Assembly: GCF_009914755.1 (NCBI RefSeq)
Contig: NC_060941.1
Reading direction: 5' to 3' (one strand)
Source of the DNA: the human T2T-CHM13v2.0 reference genome, Homo sapiens
Length of the DNA stretch: 64,000 nt
Shown here: piece after piece, positions 1 through 41,967 of the stretch
How positions within the stretch are numbered: the stretch's first letter is position 1
Layout: each line of letters starts with the position of its first letter
Translations under genes and position numbers: made by a program
The notes under the pieces: model-generated
What the model saw: only the letters and a program-made list of their open reading frames with translations
Database searches by the model: none
What the model was told of the DNA's origin: nothing

Positions 1-663
1 GGCCCCTTTCATTTCTCCAGGTAGCCTCAGCTGGGCTGACCTGCTCGATTGGATCCAGTGATTCTGAGATCCCAGAAGTAGCTGGGAGTGAGCAGGCTGT
101 CCCTCAGTGACTCCCTCTTAGGAAGTATTCCAGAAGCCCCACCCTCAGGACAACTCACCAGACAGTGTTGTGTGTCCTGGCCGTTGGGGGTGTGTGGTCT
201 GAAAGAGCCAGAAAGTGGTGTCCCCAAAGTCCAGATGTGTGGACAGTAGACAGGTCCACAGAGGTGACAATGGCGCCGCCTGCCTACCTTCTCCAACGAG
301 CCCCTTACCTGAAGTGGCAGAAAGAGCTCACCTCTCAGGCCAAACCCCACTTGGCACCAGGTGGACGGGGGGCCACCGAGGCCCCATGGTTTAGCAGGGT
401 CAGAGTGGGGCTGTCACCCTGCCCACTTTCAATGGCGTGGAAGAGTCTTCAACACTTGGGAAAGTTTCAGAAAGACTCTAGAGAGGCAGCTGGCTTCAAG
501 GGAAGGCTGTGTGGATGTACTTGGCGAATCCTCATGATCAGTGAGTTGCTGACTCCGGGCTCTGGACCTGCCCTGTGGCTGCTTGTCTTTGAGGCAGGTC
601 TTGAGGGCTCTCTGCAGTCATCTCTCAGGCCCTGTGGGTGGTGCCAGCCTATTAGAATCGTAG

Positions 664-1013
<350 letters not shown>

Positions 1014-1348
1014 CTACCCTCTCATTTTATTTAACATTTTAACGTTAAGCTTTTAAAAAATTATACAAATAATGCATGCCTGTTTCTAGGATATTTGGAA
1101 AATACAGAAAACTATAAAGGAGAAAATATTAATCCTTCTATCCGTTCATCAAAGATAACTGCTATTCTATTTCAATATCAACCTTTTCTGTGCTCGCATA
1201 TTTTTATTATCACTACGACCATACATTATACGTGATGTATTTACCTCCGATTATATGCATTTTCAATATAACGAAATATTCTTTAAAAACACTGTTAATG
1301 ACTGCATAATAGTCTTTTGAGCTGACACACCTTAACTAATATTACCTA

Positions 1349-1889
<541 letters not shown>

Positions 1890-2214
1890 TACTAAAGTAA
1901 GCATCTTTATGCATAAATTTTTGTCCACAATTTCATTTTTCCCTTAGCTTAGATTCCTACTCATAGGGTATAGGCATGTTTTAAGATTTCGCATGTGTAT
2001 TTTTACTTTACTTTTGAGAAAGGTTGAACTAACACATGCCCATCTCGCCACACACCATCAACTACACCAAGAAATATCATTCAAAGAAACATCGACTAAC
2101 TCGAAAGACAGTATTTCTGTTGCCTCCTTTCAGTGATCGGTCAGCTAAGTCTTGGAGAGGAAAAGGGACATGACGAGGGTGGTTCTAGGAGTGTGTTATT
2201 TCATTCTGTCTTCA

Positions 2215-2595
<381 letters not shown>

Positions 2596-3989
2596 GGAAC
2601 CTGCCTGGACTCACATTCGGTTACTAAGAGTTGGAGCCCGAGTTGGAGCCTGTGCCGTTGGGCCCCAGGGCCCTTGTACTTCATGTCACCTCCATGCCAC
2701 AGCTCCTGTTCCCAGCTGTGATGCTGGAATGTGGATTGGAACCAAGTCATAAAGAAACTTGGAGTTTGGATTTACCCTATAGACAGAGAGAGGCCCTTGA
2801 TGGGTCCTTAAGCATCAAAGCTGGGTTTTACAGAGATGTTTCTGGTGGACTGGCTTGAGGGAGACAGGAAATAGGGAGGTCAGCTGGGAAACGCAACATA
2901 CAGATAATGCGATTGACAAACAGGGCTCGCACGGAAGCACACGTGCCTATGGTTGTGGGAAGTGGGCAGTTGGGAATGCTGAGGGTCTCAGAGGCCTCCC
3001 ACCATGCCCTCTTCACTGAGCAAAGGCCATTTTTATCTGCTACACGTCAGGCAAAACCTGCGCCAACTGCCAAAGCCTCCACCTCAAATCTAGCAAATAA
3101 GAGAGAGGACGGTATGGATTACGTTATATTTAAAACAAGCCCACACAATGCCTGTAATTTTTCATTCTGACTCCGTAATTATAACTCAAGACCAGTCAGA
3201 TCATAGTTATCCCCACACCGACCTGCTGTTGGGACACATGGAATTAAAGGCTTTGCTCCCTTCAAATTCTATTTTGGAGGCCGAGCACTGGCAGGTAACG
3301 GGCCTTTCTCAAGGCCCGTCTTGTTGGAGCCCCTCCCGGGGCAGCCTCCACGAAGGCCAAGTCAGCACCAGGGTTTCGGGAAGACCACGGATGGTGTGGG
3401 AGCAGTTGAGATGCTACCGCTTTGCCCGACCTGAGCCCTGGGCCTCGGGGCTGAGCCAGGGGCCTGGAAGCAGAGGTGAGCACCGTCCTTGGACCAGACC
3501 TTGGGCAGGTCTATCCCAGAGCATCTGCACCCTCGAAGATTCCCAAATGCTGCTCTACCCTGGACCTGACCAGGGTCCCAGGGTCAGATGGGCCAAGCCC
3601 TGGTTGTTCGGCACACTTGTCACAGACAGGCTGCTATTGCCCAAAGGGGCCTAAATTCAGAGAAGAAGAAGAAGAAGAAAAACATCCAAGGAGTGTGAAG
3701 GGGCCAGGCTTCCATGGACAGCCTGGCTAACCAGGCCTAGGCCAACTAAGCTTTTCTTCCAGTGTGAGCACCACCCCTCAGCCCCACAATGGCACCCTAG
3801 ACAGAGCCAGAGTGGGACTGGCTCCCTGCTCATGGACCTGGGTTACCAGCAGGAGTCAGGAGGGCCAACTGCCCTTTCTCCACACGGCCCTCCCAGGCCC
3901 AGTCCCACCTCCCCATAGCCTTGCGGGGGAGGCAGAACAGCATCCTTTCATCCAGGCGCTGCAGGACCTGCTCTATCCAGGCCCTTCAT

Positions 3990-4160
3990 GCACCATCTCA
4001 TTTACTCCTCCCGTCACTCTGCCAAGGGGGTGTGGTTAGTGTTATCACAATTTCCAGTTGAGACATGAACAGATGGAGCTCAGAGAGGTGGCATGACCGA
4101 GGCCACTCAGGTCATAAGTGAGGAGGTCAGAGCTGGGACTGAGTTGTCCTAACATCCCTG
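3990..4160 (-). mobile_element. MIR
   Basis: Reverse-oriented core (...gagctcagagaggtggcatgac...ggtcataagtgaggaggtcagagctggga). Confidence 0.6.
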
Positions 4161-7100
4161 GACCACACAGCGCATCCACAGGCAACTGGCCCGAGACCGC
4201 CAGGCCTGCTCCTGGCTGTGCCTCAGCAATGCCTTGGTGGTCCCATGTCCTTGGGCAACTTGCTGAGCCCTTAGGCCTAAGGAAGCTCAGGCCCAGTGCC
4301 TGTCTCCCAGCCCCCCTCTTCTCCTGGTGCACATTGCACTGCTCCCTTGCCTCAGCCACACCAGAGGACGAGCCCACTCCCTGCACAGGGCCTTGTTCTC
4401 ACGTCCCCACGTGGATGGTTCCCTCTTCCAGCCAATGGTGCATCTTACACATGCTTCTGTTTTAACCCTCAAGACATTGTGCTGTTACTATTCTTATCAC
4501 TGTCTCCGGCTAGACTTCTCAAGGGAGGACCTGTGTCCTGTCTCTCTGTTGCTAGTTTTATGCATAGCATGTAGTAGGTGCTCAGTAACTGTTTGCGCAA
4601 GAAAAAAACAAGAATCTAGAAAACTCCCATTTGTCTTTAAAACTCTGCCTAGAATAGATCCGATGAAGACTTTGCTGATTCACACAGACCAAGCTAACCC
4701 CATTTACTAGGCTGTATCCTTGAGGACAGGGACAGAGCTTGATTCTTCTCTGTGACCCCATCTCTCAGCACAGAAGAAGCGTCAACCAAGGGTCAGTAAA
4801 TGTAGAACTGAATTGCTCTTTGCAGTTGCACACACACACACGCACACGCACACACATACTGCACACTGCTTCAGCCCCGGATTAAGGGCATCATGACCTG
4901 AACCAGCCAAGTGCCCATGTTATTGGGCTGAAACCACCCCAGGCTGAAATGCCAGGGATGTTTGCTAAGGAAGAAAACACTGAAATCCTAACTTTAAAAA
5001 AAGAAACACAGTGAATAGGTGTTCTATTTATATGAAAATCAGGTCTGTTTTTAGGTAACAGCCCTCCCATCTCACCTCCCCAAGGTGGGTCCTGTCCTTG
5101 CACCAGTTCCTTCTACACCCCACCCGGTAATCACAGCCCTACCTGCCCCACCTCCTCTCCCCTGTTTGCTCTCTGGGGTTTCCCTCGATTGCAGGGTTTG
5201 AGCTTCCAGACATCACAGGGGCCTGTCTCAGACTGGCCCCTTCCCTCCCTCCCTGACGCTGGAGTTAGTGAGAAGGAGGCCAGAGCCAGGGCTCTGTGAG
5301 AGGAGAGGGGGCAGGCCGGGAGTCAGTCTGTCGCAGGATCTGTCCCTTACCTGATCCAAAGCACAGAAGATGGATGGCTGGTGCACAGAAGGAGCTAAGC
5401 CCTGCTTCTCCCAGGCCTCTGTCAAGCCAGCAGGGTCCCACTCCTTAGCTCGGATCATGCACAGGTGCCCCATGGCGCAATGCAAAGAGCAGAGGCTTTG
5501 GAATCAGGGTTCCAGTCCTGGTCCTGCTCCTCCATTTAGACAAACCCCTGCAAGCCTCAGAGTCCTCAGCAGCCAAAGGGGGCGTCAGCTGCAGAGAAGA
5601 CCCACCACGTCACACTGTGGGGCAGGGATGGCACAGGACCAGCCACTCCAGCAGAGGAACTGTTTGTGGAACCCAGCAGGGAAAGAAATTCGACTTTGAG
5701 AGCAGCAGCTTTGGCAGCTTAGAAATCATCTGGAGGCTTCCCGTGCACACATTAAACCTCAAGCTCCAGGTAGCCCAGCCCTGGTTCTGTAAGCGGCCAG
5801 ATAGGCCCACCCAGGCTCTTGGCAGCAGGGGAGGAGCTGGTGGCTCTGAAAACAGCACTGGCTATGACCACAGGGGCCAAGAGGACTTTGTCCCCTGGCT
5901 CCTGCTCTTTCTCCAGCCTCAGGACTCCCTCACCTCCTCCGTCCATTCCCTTGCCTTCAGGAGTCCCACTATGGCCTGAGGAGCATCCCGCTCTCTGGCA
6001 AGGTTCTGCTCCTGCTGGAACACCAGATTAGAGCAGGGGTGCCAGGGGCCCCTCAATATGCTGGCAGCTCCCTCCAGCCTCAGTCAGGTTCCAGGAAGAG
6101 ACCAGGGCAAGCCTGAAGCTGCGGGCTGGGCCTCACCATCCTGGGAAAATTCTGAGCCTCCCTCATAGCTCAGCACTCAGGCAGGCACCCAGCAAACCAC
6201 AGCTGTGGTTTCCAGAGAGCCAGGCCTCCCACCGCAGGGACAGTAAGCTGAGAAGCGCTGTAGCTATAAATGTGAAGTGGCGAACCGCGGGACACTGCCG
6301 CAACCCAGCAGCGGGCGGGAGCCTGCTCCCAGCCTCCCTGCAGGGCCAGCCCACCAAGCCTCAGACCTGCCCTGTCCACGAGGTCTCTGGGCTCTGAGCA
6401 GAGCTGTTTTCTACACCCCACCCGGTATTCTCCCATGTGGCCGCATGGAGGGGGTACCCGAGACAGTGCAGGGAGAGGGGCAGGCAGGACCCTACATAGC
6501 ATTTTCTCCACAGTCAATGGCGCTGGTCTCCTCACAAGCATAGTCTTGTTTTCTGTTGACTTATGCAAGAAGAGGGAGGGGGCCACATAATCATTTTGGT
6601 GCTTGGTGCTTCTAAAAGTCTTACTCCTTCCCTGGGTGGCACCAGGTCACAGCTACAGCCCCATCTGGAGGGTGCCTTGGGGTGGACCTGGGACTCGTGT
6701 GGTCCTGGTGGGCATCCTCAGAGCACTGCAGAAAAGGACAGCGTGGGGAGGAGCCGCAATGGCTGACATGAGCCCCCAGAAGCTCAGAAGGGTCACTGTG
6801 CCCATTTCACAGGCAAGGAACTACACCCAGCGAGGAGACCCTGGAGCTCAGCTGTGCCTCCCGGTCTCCCAGACACTCCTGCACTGTGGACGGGGGTGGC
6901 CCATGTGGAAGAGTCAGGAAACAGAGGAAGGGAAGGAGAGCCTTTTCCCCCTCTGTCCTCTCAGAGCCTGCCAAGGAACAGTCTCTCCTCCAACATCCTC
7001 CTCCACTGGACCATGTAGGGAAAACATCGCAGGGTGAGGGGCCATCTGGTATGGCCCTTCCTGTTAGGCTGGGGAGCTGGCCAGGTAAGGTAAGGTCACC

Positions 7101-7518
7101 TCAGCCTGTGTGTCGCCAGCCCCCACGGGAGAACTCAAAGACGAGCATCAGCCCTCTTCTTAAAGGAAAGAGCCTAGAGCTGTTCCAAGGAGCCCCTTCC
7201 CAGAGCCTGACCCTCTGGGGTTGGCAACAGGAGTGAACAAAACAGACAAAAATCCCTGTCCTCATAGGGCTTACATTCTTACAGAGGTGGGAGAGACAGA
7301 CCAAATAAAAAGTAAATTGCATAGTATGTCAGAAGATGAAAAGTACAATAGAGAAAAGTCAAGGAGGCTGCAGAGAGAGAGTGTGGAGCAGATGAGGGAG
7401 TTGTCATCTGAACTAGGCTGAGAAGGGACCACTGAGCAAAGATTGGAGCAGTGAGGGAGCAGGAGGAGACCCCGCATGCTCCAGACAGCAGGGGCCAGGG
7501 TTCTAGGTCAGAGTGAGT

Positions 7519-7745
7519 CAGTGGCTCTCAACTACAGGCAATTTTGCCTTCCAGGGGACATTTGGCAATGTCTACAGACATTTTTCATTGTCACACCTGG
7601 AAGGGGAGAGGGTTGCTATTGGCCTCTACTAAATATTAATAGAAGCTAAGATTCTGCTCGGTATCCCACAGTGCACACAACAGCCTCTTACAACAAAGAA
7701 GTATTCGGTCCAAAATGTCAATATTGCTGAAGTCAGGAAATCCTG
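7519..7745 (+). mobile_element. MER20 (hAT-Charlie MITE), full length, inside an L2 remnant
   Basis: CAGTGG...CCTG termini, internal ggggacatttggcaatgtct, perfect 8-bp TSD gagtgagt. Confidence 0.92.
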
Positions 7746-8018
7746 GAGTGAGTGAGGGGAAGAGGAATAGGAGAGATAGCCAGGGAGATAAATGCCAACC
7801 CATTTTTTTTTTTTTTTTTTGGAACTGAAGAAGCTGACTTAGAAATTCTTATGGAAAAATATGTGAAAATAGCGAGGCAAAAATAATGAAAAAGAAGAAT
7901 AAACAAAGTAGCCTCAGCAGATCTTCACATATATTATAAAAATCCCTATGACAGCTGAATGACTAATTTCTTAAATACATAAAGACTTCTTACAAATTAA
8001 TAAAAAAAGAACTCTTGG

Positions 8019-8169
8019 GGCTGGGCGCAGTGGCTCATGCCTGTAATCCCAGCACTTAAACCCAGCATGTAAACCTAGCTTAAACCAGGGAGGTGGAGGT
8101 TGCAGTGAGCCGAGATTGCACCACTGCACTCTAGCCTGGGTGACAGAGCGTGAGGCACCGCATCTGGCC
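8019..8169 (+). mobile_element. Rearranged, internally deleted Alu fused to an inverted Alu head
   Basis: Alu 5' 38 nt, filler, right-arm 3' half, then gcgtgaggcaccgcatctggcc (reverse Alu 5' end). Confidence 0.8.
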
Positions 8170-8319
8170 AGAAACTATTCTTACATAGGTGCACAAAGAT
8201 GTATGTATAGATATGCTTATTACAGCATTAGCAATCCACTGGAAACAACCCAACGCCCATCAATAGGGAATTTGATTATTCTGTGATGCATACTTACAAT
8301 AGAAAACCTTGCAGCTTTT

Positions 8320-8663
<344 letters not shown>

Positions 8664-9092
8664 TCACAAAAGAAACTTGTACAGAGATGTTTATAATGGC
8701 TTTATTTATAATAGCCCCAAATTGGAACAGCCCACGTGTCCAATGGGAGACGACACAAACTGTGGTATATTCGTACAAAGGAACACTATTTAGCAACAGT
8801 AAAATGAACAGATATACAACAACAGGAATGAATTTCAGAAGTATTTCATTAAACAAAATAAATCAGACCCAAGAATACTCCTGTATGATTCCATTTCTAT
8901 GAAGTTCAACGGACACAACTCATCCATGGTGACAGAAATCAGAACGTGGTTGCCGCAGGAAGTGTTACTTGAAAGGGCAGAGAGAACTCTGGGCAGGAGG
9001 CTTGTGGAATTTGGATGTGGTTTCTAAGATGTAAGCATTTGTCAAAATCATTGGATGGAACACTGAAGATCTGTGCAGTTTTCTAAATTTAA

Positions 9093-9374
<282 letters not shown>

Positions 9375-10215
9375 TAATCTCACATCCGTTTAAAACTAAC
9401 ATTAACTATTGAATAAAAACAATTAGCCAAACTTAGTATGTCCTGAAATAGAATGATCTCCAAATAAATTCTTAATTGGTGGAGGGGGGTAGGTAGAATC
9501 AAGCACAGAAAATGTGCATAGTATGCTCCCATATGTAATACAGTTAATGGATATCTATTACATAATGTTTCTAGATTATATAATATTTCTAGGAGAATGT
9601 GTAAGAAACTGTTGACAGCGGTTCCCTTTCGGTGTGGATGGTTTGGGGACTAAAGGTCTGAAGTGAGAGGCAAACATCTCAATACCTTTTGTGCCACTGG
9701 AATTTCTTTTACTGTGTTCATATTAATTTTTTACTATAAAAAGTAGTTTAAAAATTTCTTGACCAGATAACAGGGTGTTCTGAGATTGAACTTTAATATT
9801 TCTCTGCCCTTGATAGCAGGAAGCAGGGACACCACTGCCGGCCATGGGTGGCCTGTGGCTCTGCAGCTGGAAGGGGGCATTTGTACAAGCAGGTCAGGGA
9901 AGCTGCTGGAAGATGCTCCTGGGGTAGGGAAGAGAGTACACCTGAGTCCTGGCTCAGGAAGCCAAGTGAGATAAACGGAATCTTGATTGCAGAGATTCAG
10001 CCTGAAATGGCAAACTTCCGGTTGAGAAATGTAAAAGCCCATCCCGTGGTATGGAGGATTTATCTTGATAAAACTTGTGTGTGTGTGTGTGAATAGATTT
10101 TTAAAAAGGTTTCTGGTAGGTTGGGACACAAACCCTTTTCAGAGGCTGTGTGACTAAGGGGAGAAAGTACCTGGAGGAAGGGATTGTGGGCTAAGAATAG
10201 GACAGCCAGCTGTAG

Positions 10216-10502
10216 TTTGTTTGTTTTCAGACAGAGTCTCACTCTGTCGCCCAGGCTGGGGTGCAGTGGTGTGATCTCGGCTCACTGCAACCTCTGCCTC
10301 CCAGGCTCAAGCAATTCTCTGCCTCAGCCTCCTGAGTAGCTGGGATTACAGGCACCCACCCCCGTGCCCGGCTAATATTTTTGTATTATTAGTAGAGACG
10401 GGGTTTCATCATCTTAGCCAGGCTGTTCTTGAACTCCTGACCTCGTGATCCACCCGTCTCAGCCTCCCAAGGTGTTGCAGGCATGAGCCACCTCACCAGG
10501 CC
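10216..10502 (-). mobile_element. AluS
   Basis: Reverse dimer; TSD ccagctgtagtttgt. Confidence 0.92.
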
Positions 10503-11559
10503 ACCAGCTGTAGTTTGTAATCAGACAATACAGCATTTGGACTTTGTTTCCACAGACAAGAACATGCCATTACAGGTCTTACCCAAGAACATCCTGATTT
10601 GTTCATCTCAAGGATTGGGCTTTGTGCTAGTGAGCTGGTATCCTGCTTGGAACCCAGATCAAAGAGTTGTTTTGTTTATGTGCAAGAGATGGTGGGGAGG
10701 AGAGAAGACTTCACCTGTCCCAGGTAGATGCCAGATGGGGAGACCCCAGTCCTTCTCCAAGAAAGCTCTCAGCTGATGATGAACAGGGGAGGAGACATAT
10801 GTCCTGCCCTCAGGAGCATCTCATTCAGAGGTCAAAGGCTAAGGAGCCCAGGGACTTAATTTTGGAATGCAAAGAATCTTTGTGGAGCCATAAGTCCCTG
10901 CCAAAAAAAATTAAGAGGGCAATCCTGGTCAACATTGTGTGTTCAGCTAACCTCAAGCCCAGATGTCTGATCCAAGCACTAAGAAGAGAGAACTCAAAGG
11001 CCCAGGGTGGACCCTTTTTATAAAATGTCAGAGGCAAGATATAGATAGGGGAAAGGCCTGAGATGGCCTTCAGCGAACCCCCATAGGGAAGCAGGCAGTG
11101 GGACCTTGGAACAGGCTCCAAGATGAGACAGCATGGGAGATTGGGATGGGGGCTCCATCTGGCCCAAGCAGAGGGAGGGTCAGCTGGAGTAAGAGGATCC
11201 GTGACTCTGGGGAAAGCCCTTAGAGACCCTCTGGTCTAACGCCTTCATGAAGGAAACTGAGACCCAGAGTGCAGCATGACTGATTTGGTGTCTGATGTCA
11301 GGACTGAGCTCTGTGCATGGCTCAGACTCTAGCCTCCCAATCCACGGGACCCCCTGCAGAAGGTCTACCTGTTGGGAATTGGAGGCATTGTTGAAGCTCT
11401 TGACCAGAAAACCATGTACTCACTTCCTACCTAGCAACATGCTCCTACTGAATTCTACGGAAAGAGGGCCTCTCAAGACTCATGGAGTGATCATACCAGA
11501 CACTTATCATCACCTACCCAACAGCTCCTCCCACCGTTTTGTCCTGCCAGAGCCCAGAT

Positions 11560-12065
11560 TTTGTAGTGGGTGGAAATAGCTTAATTTGGGGAAACATAGG
11601 CTAATTCCCCAACCCCGAGAGATGAGTCTTAATTGGTCACAGTATTCCAATGGGACTCCAATCCCCCTTTGTGAATGATGGGTCTAAGGGTAGGCAAGTG
11701 ACCCACTTGTGGCCCAGAAGACATAAAGGGAAGTCTGCATGGGACTTCTGAGGAAGCTTTTACTTTCCTAGTAAAAGACAAAGATGCAGTTGACACCATC
11801 ATGCCCTCACCCCATCCACCTTTCTGCCTTGAAGGAAAGCAGCTGTGTATGTAGCCTGGGGGTCAAGCATGGGGGTAAAAGTGTGAAGGCTTTAAGATGA
11901 CAGAGTGGACTATGGAGCGCAAGTCCTTGGAGGCTGAAATGAGCTGTTGGGCCAATGCCAGCAACCATCTACCTACAGACTTCCTGAAAAGTAAACATTA
12001 ATTGACCTTCTGGTTTAAGCCACTGTTTGCTGGGCCTTCTCTTATTTGCCATCAAAAGCAAATAA
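11560..12065 (+). mobile_element. MaLR LTR (MLT1J-like)
   Basis: gtgacccacttgtggcc...aagggaagtctgc...gtttaagccactgtttgctggg, typical of MLT1J/K. Confidence 0.6.
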
Positions 12066-12086
12066 GAGAGCATGTATGGCTAAGTT

Positions 12087-13116
12087 AAGTGTTCAGAATC
12101 ACACATCGAGTTAGTGGCAGTTACCGTTCCAACCCAGATCTTCCAACTCCATGCCCACTGCTCCTTACACTAACCATGAAGGGCCTTGGCCTCATAGAGC
12201 TTGTAGGGAAAGGTAAGTGGCCAAAAGCAAGTCATGCCAAGGGAAGATCTCTGAATACAGGTCCCTCTCTTTTGCCTCCCCTGAGATAGGCTCAGGACAG
12301 TGATCAATGAGACAGGGTGGTCCTTGCCCTAAGAAGCAAAGGGTTTGGTTGGGGAGGCCATACACTTTAGTGCAACTCCAGCCAACACCTAGAGTTGTTT
12401 AGGATTGGCCTCTGGTCAGCCTCTTCAGGTGGGAGCTTGGCACTCTGGAAGCCCTCCACCCAGCTTTTTGTCAGCCCTCAACCACATGGTGTCTGGAAGA
12501 GTCCTCCACCCACCCACCAGTTCCTCCCCCATTACCCCTGGCCATTCTACTCATCCTTCAATGCCCACCTTGGATGACCTTCATTGACCTTGCCTACTAC
12601 CAACAGCTTGCACCTAATTGACTGCACTGACCAATCATTTATTTATCCATCATACTAACTGTATAGCCTGCTCTGGGTCAGCCATAATGCTGACACTAGA
12701 CTCGGTGGGCAGTCAGAGCCCTCAGTCTGGTGGGGCAGGCCAGTCAACGGCAGCGGCACAGAGGGCAGTGATAGAGGGCTGGGGAGGAAGGAAGTCAGCA
12801 GTTGTACCTTGGTGGGGGGAGGTGGCAGCCTTTTCCCTACTTCCCTCCCCAACCAAACACTTTGCTTCTTAGGGCAAGGACCACCCTGTCTCATTGATCA
12901 CTTGTCCTGTGCCTATCTCAGGGGAGGCAACAGACAGGGACTCATGTTTGGAGATCTTCCCTTGGCATGGACTTGCTCTTGGCCACTCACCTTTCCCTAC
13001 AAGCCCTATAAGGCCAAAGCCCTTCATGGCTAGCAGAAGGAGCAGGGGGTATGGAGTTGGAAGCTCTTGGTTGGAACTGTAACTGCCAGTAACTTGATGT
13101 GTGACTTTGGACACTT
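12087..13116. repeat. Inverted duplication: arms 12087-12357 and 12844-13116, 486-bp spacer
   Basis: Hand alignment gives about 31 differences over ~273 bp (~89% identity). Confidence 0.95.
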
Positions 13117-13260
13117 CCCTTGGCCTCCCTGAGCCTCGCTTTTTTTTTGAAAGACAAAGCAAGATAATAACACCTTCCTATCTCACAGGGTTGCTGCAAA
13201 GATCGAACGAGATAACTAGTGGATTCAACAGGGACAGGAAGGCCTGGCACCCAGCAGGTG
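13040..13260 (+). mobile_element. MIR
   Basis: tgtgtgactttggacac...cctccctgagcctc...ataataacaccttcctatctcacagggttgctg. Confidence 0.7.
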
Positions 13261-13349
13261 GGCAGGGCGTAACTAACTGTTCATTCATCCACCTCCCTGG
13301 GCTCCCCACACTGCAGAAAACCAGAGACAAGTCAGCAGCACAGTGGAGC

Positions 13350-14838
13350 TTTCCGCGGGAGACAGAGCATTTAATGAGAGCAAGAGCTGGACAGTGTGGT
13401 CAGGAATCGTCCCACCCAAGGAACCAGACACATACTCGGTCCTTGATGGGGTTTCCTGAGGCTCTCATACTTTCTCCTGCCCTGGAAAATGCCATCCAGG
13501 AGCTCATCTCTTTGCTACTGCCTCTCTTCCAGAGCAGCACAAGAAGGAAATAAAATGGACTTGCGGGGGAAAGAAGATGCTTGTCTCTCATGTCTGTCTC
13601 TTACAGGGGGGCTTCTGAAGATTCCCACAGCCTCTCTGGAGTTGTTGCCCCACTTTGGGGTCTTTGTCCGAGTAACTTCAAGTAGATTGGCCCACGGGCA
13701 GGGGTTGTTTGCTGAGAGATCACCAAGCGCTGCTCAATCTCAACGATCCTCTGTTGTCACCAGCCATGGCTGTGAAGGCCAGTCAACAAAGGGAAGATTT
13801 TACCCAGAGGAGCTCAAACGCTGGCATGAAAGACTCTGAAGTGGCATAGCCAGTGGAAATTAACAGCTGTGTCCACTCTGGGCCTCAGGTGAGGGAGGGC
13901 CTAGATAGCCCACTGTGGCCCCCAGAGCGCCATCACTGCCCATACTTGGAGTGTGATCCTAGCTATTTGGGGATGGCAGGGGAAGCATCTCCCAGAAAAG
14001 ATGACCTGCCTGGGAGAAAAGGGGGACCCCAGAGGGTGCCAGCCAAGGCGTCTCGGCAAATGTTGACCCAGACAACAGGGGACCAAGGAGTTGAAGGAGG
14101 CTCACTGGAGAGGTGGGACAGGGGGCCAGTCGATTAAAACAGAACCAAGTGATGAAGGGCGTAGGTTGGCCTGTGGTGCACTGTGGGTGGCAAGCCAGGT
14201 GTCGTCCTGAAGTTGGCAACTCAGATTCCTCATCCTTTGGTGGTGGCCACAGGAGGAGTTCCCAGAGGCTTCAGGAGGCTCTGATTCCCACTCGCACTCC
14301 AGCAGTGGGAGGTTGCTCAAGACCAGGCATTCCGTCCCTGGCTGGGGTGTCCCTTCCAGAGTGACAGAGATGATCTGAGGCTGCTCAAGGTGAGCTGGAA
14401 GGGACATGGGCACTGGTAGGTGGTTGTCTTAGCTCTCAACCAGGGGATCTGATTCCCATTTAAACTATCTAGGACGAAGCGAGTGAAAACCAGAGCCCTG
14501 TGTGGGGGATGCTTGAGGCAGAGCGGGTACAGCAGCCTGCATCCTGATCCCTCGGCTACCTGGCCTCCCTCACAGAGATAATGGCAAGGCTTGGGAAAGA
14601 TGGGTCCAGCAGCCCACTGAGGGGTTCCCTTCATTTCTGAGCCTACCCTCCAGCTGCCCATGTCCATCTCTGCATCTGGGCTTGGAGGAAGAGGTGGCCC
14701 ATTGGCTGGGTTTTGGTGGTGTGTGGACATCGTTGGGTCATTTTGGGGTGTGAACCCCAAAACTCTGTACAAGGTGTGCCAGAAGGTTCGGTAGTCCTGA
14801 GGAGGGTAAGGGCTGTGTGTGTGGTCTTGTGGCTCTTC
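13350..14838 (-). other. SLC13A5: SLC13A5 3'UTR (~1.5 kb, Alu-free)
   Basis: Runs from the stop codon to just past the ATTAAA signal; 3' end inferred from signal position. Confidence 0.75.
13370..13375 (-). terminator. Poly(A) signal ATTAAA of SLC13A5
   Basis: TTTAAT on + strand; on the minus strand it is followed by a GU/U-rich element (ctgtgctgctgacttgtctctggttttctg). Confidence 0.7.
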
Positions 14839-41967
<27,129 letters not shown>

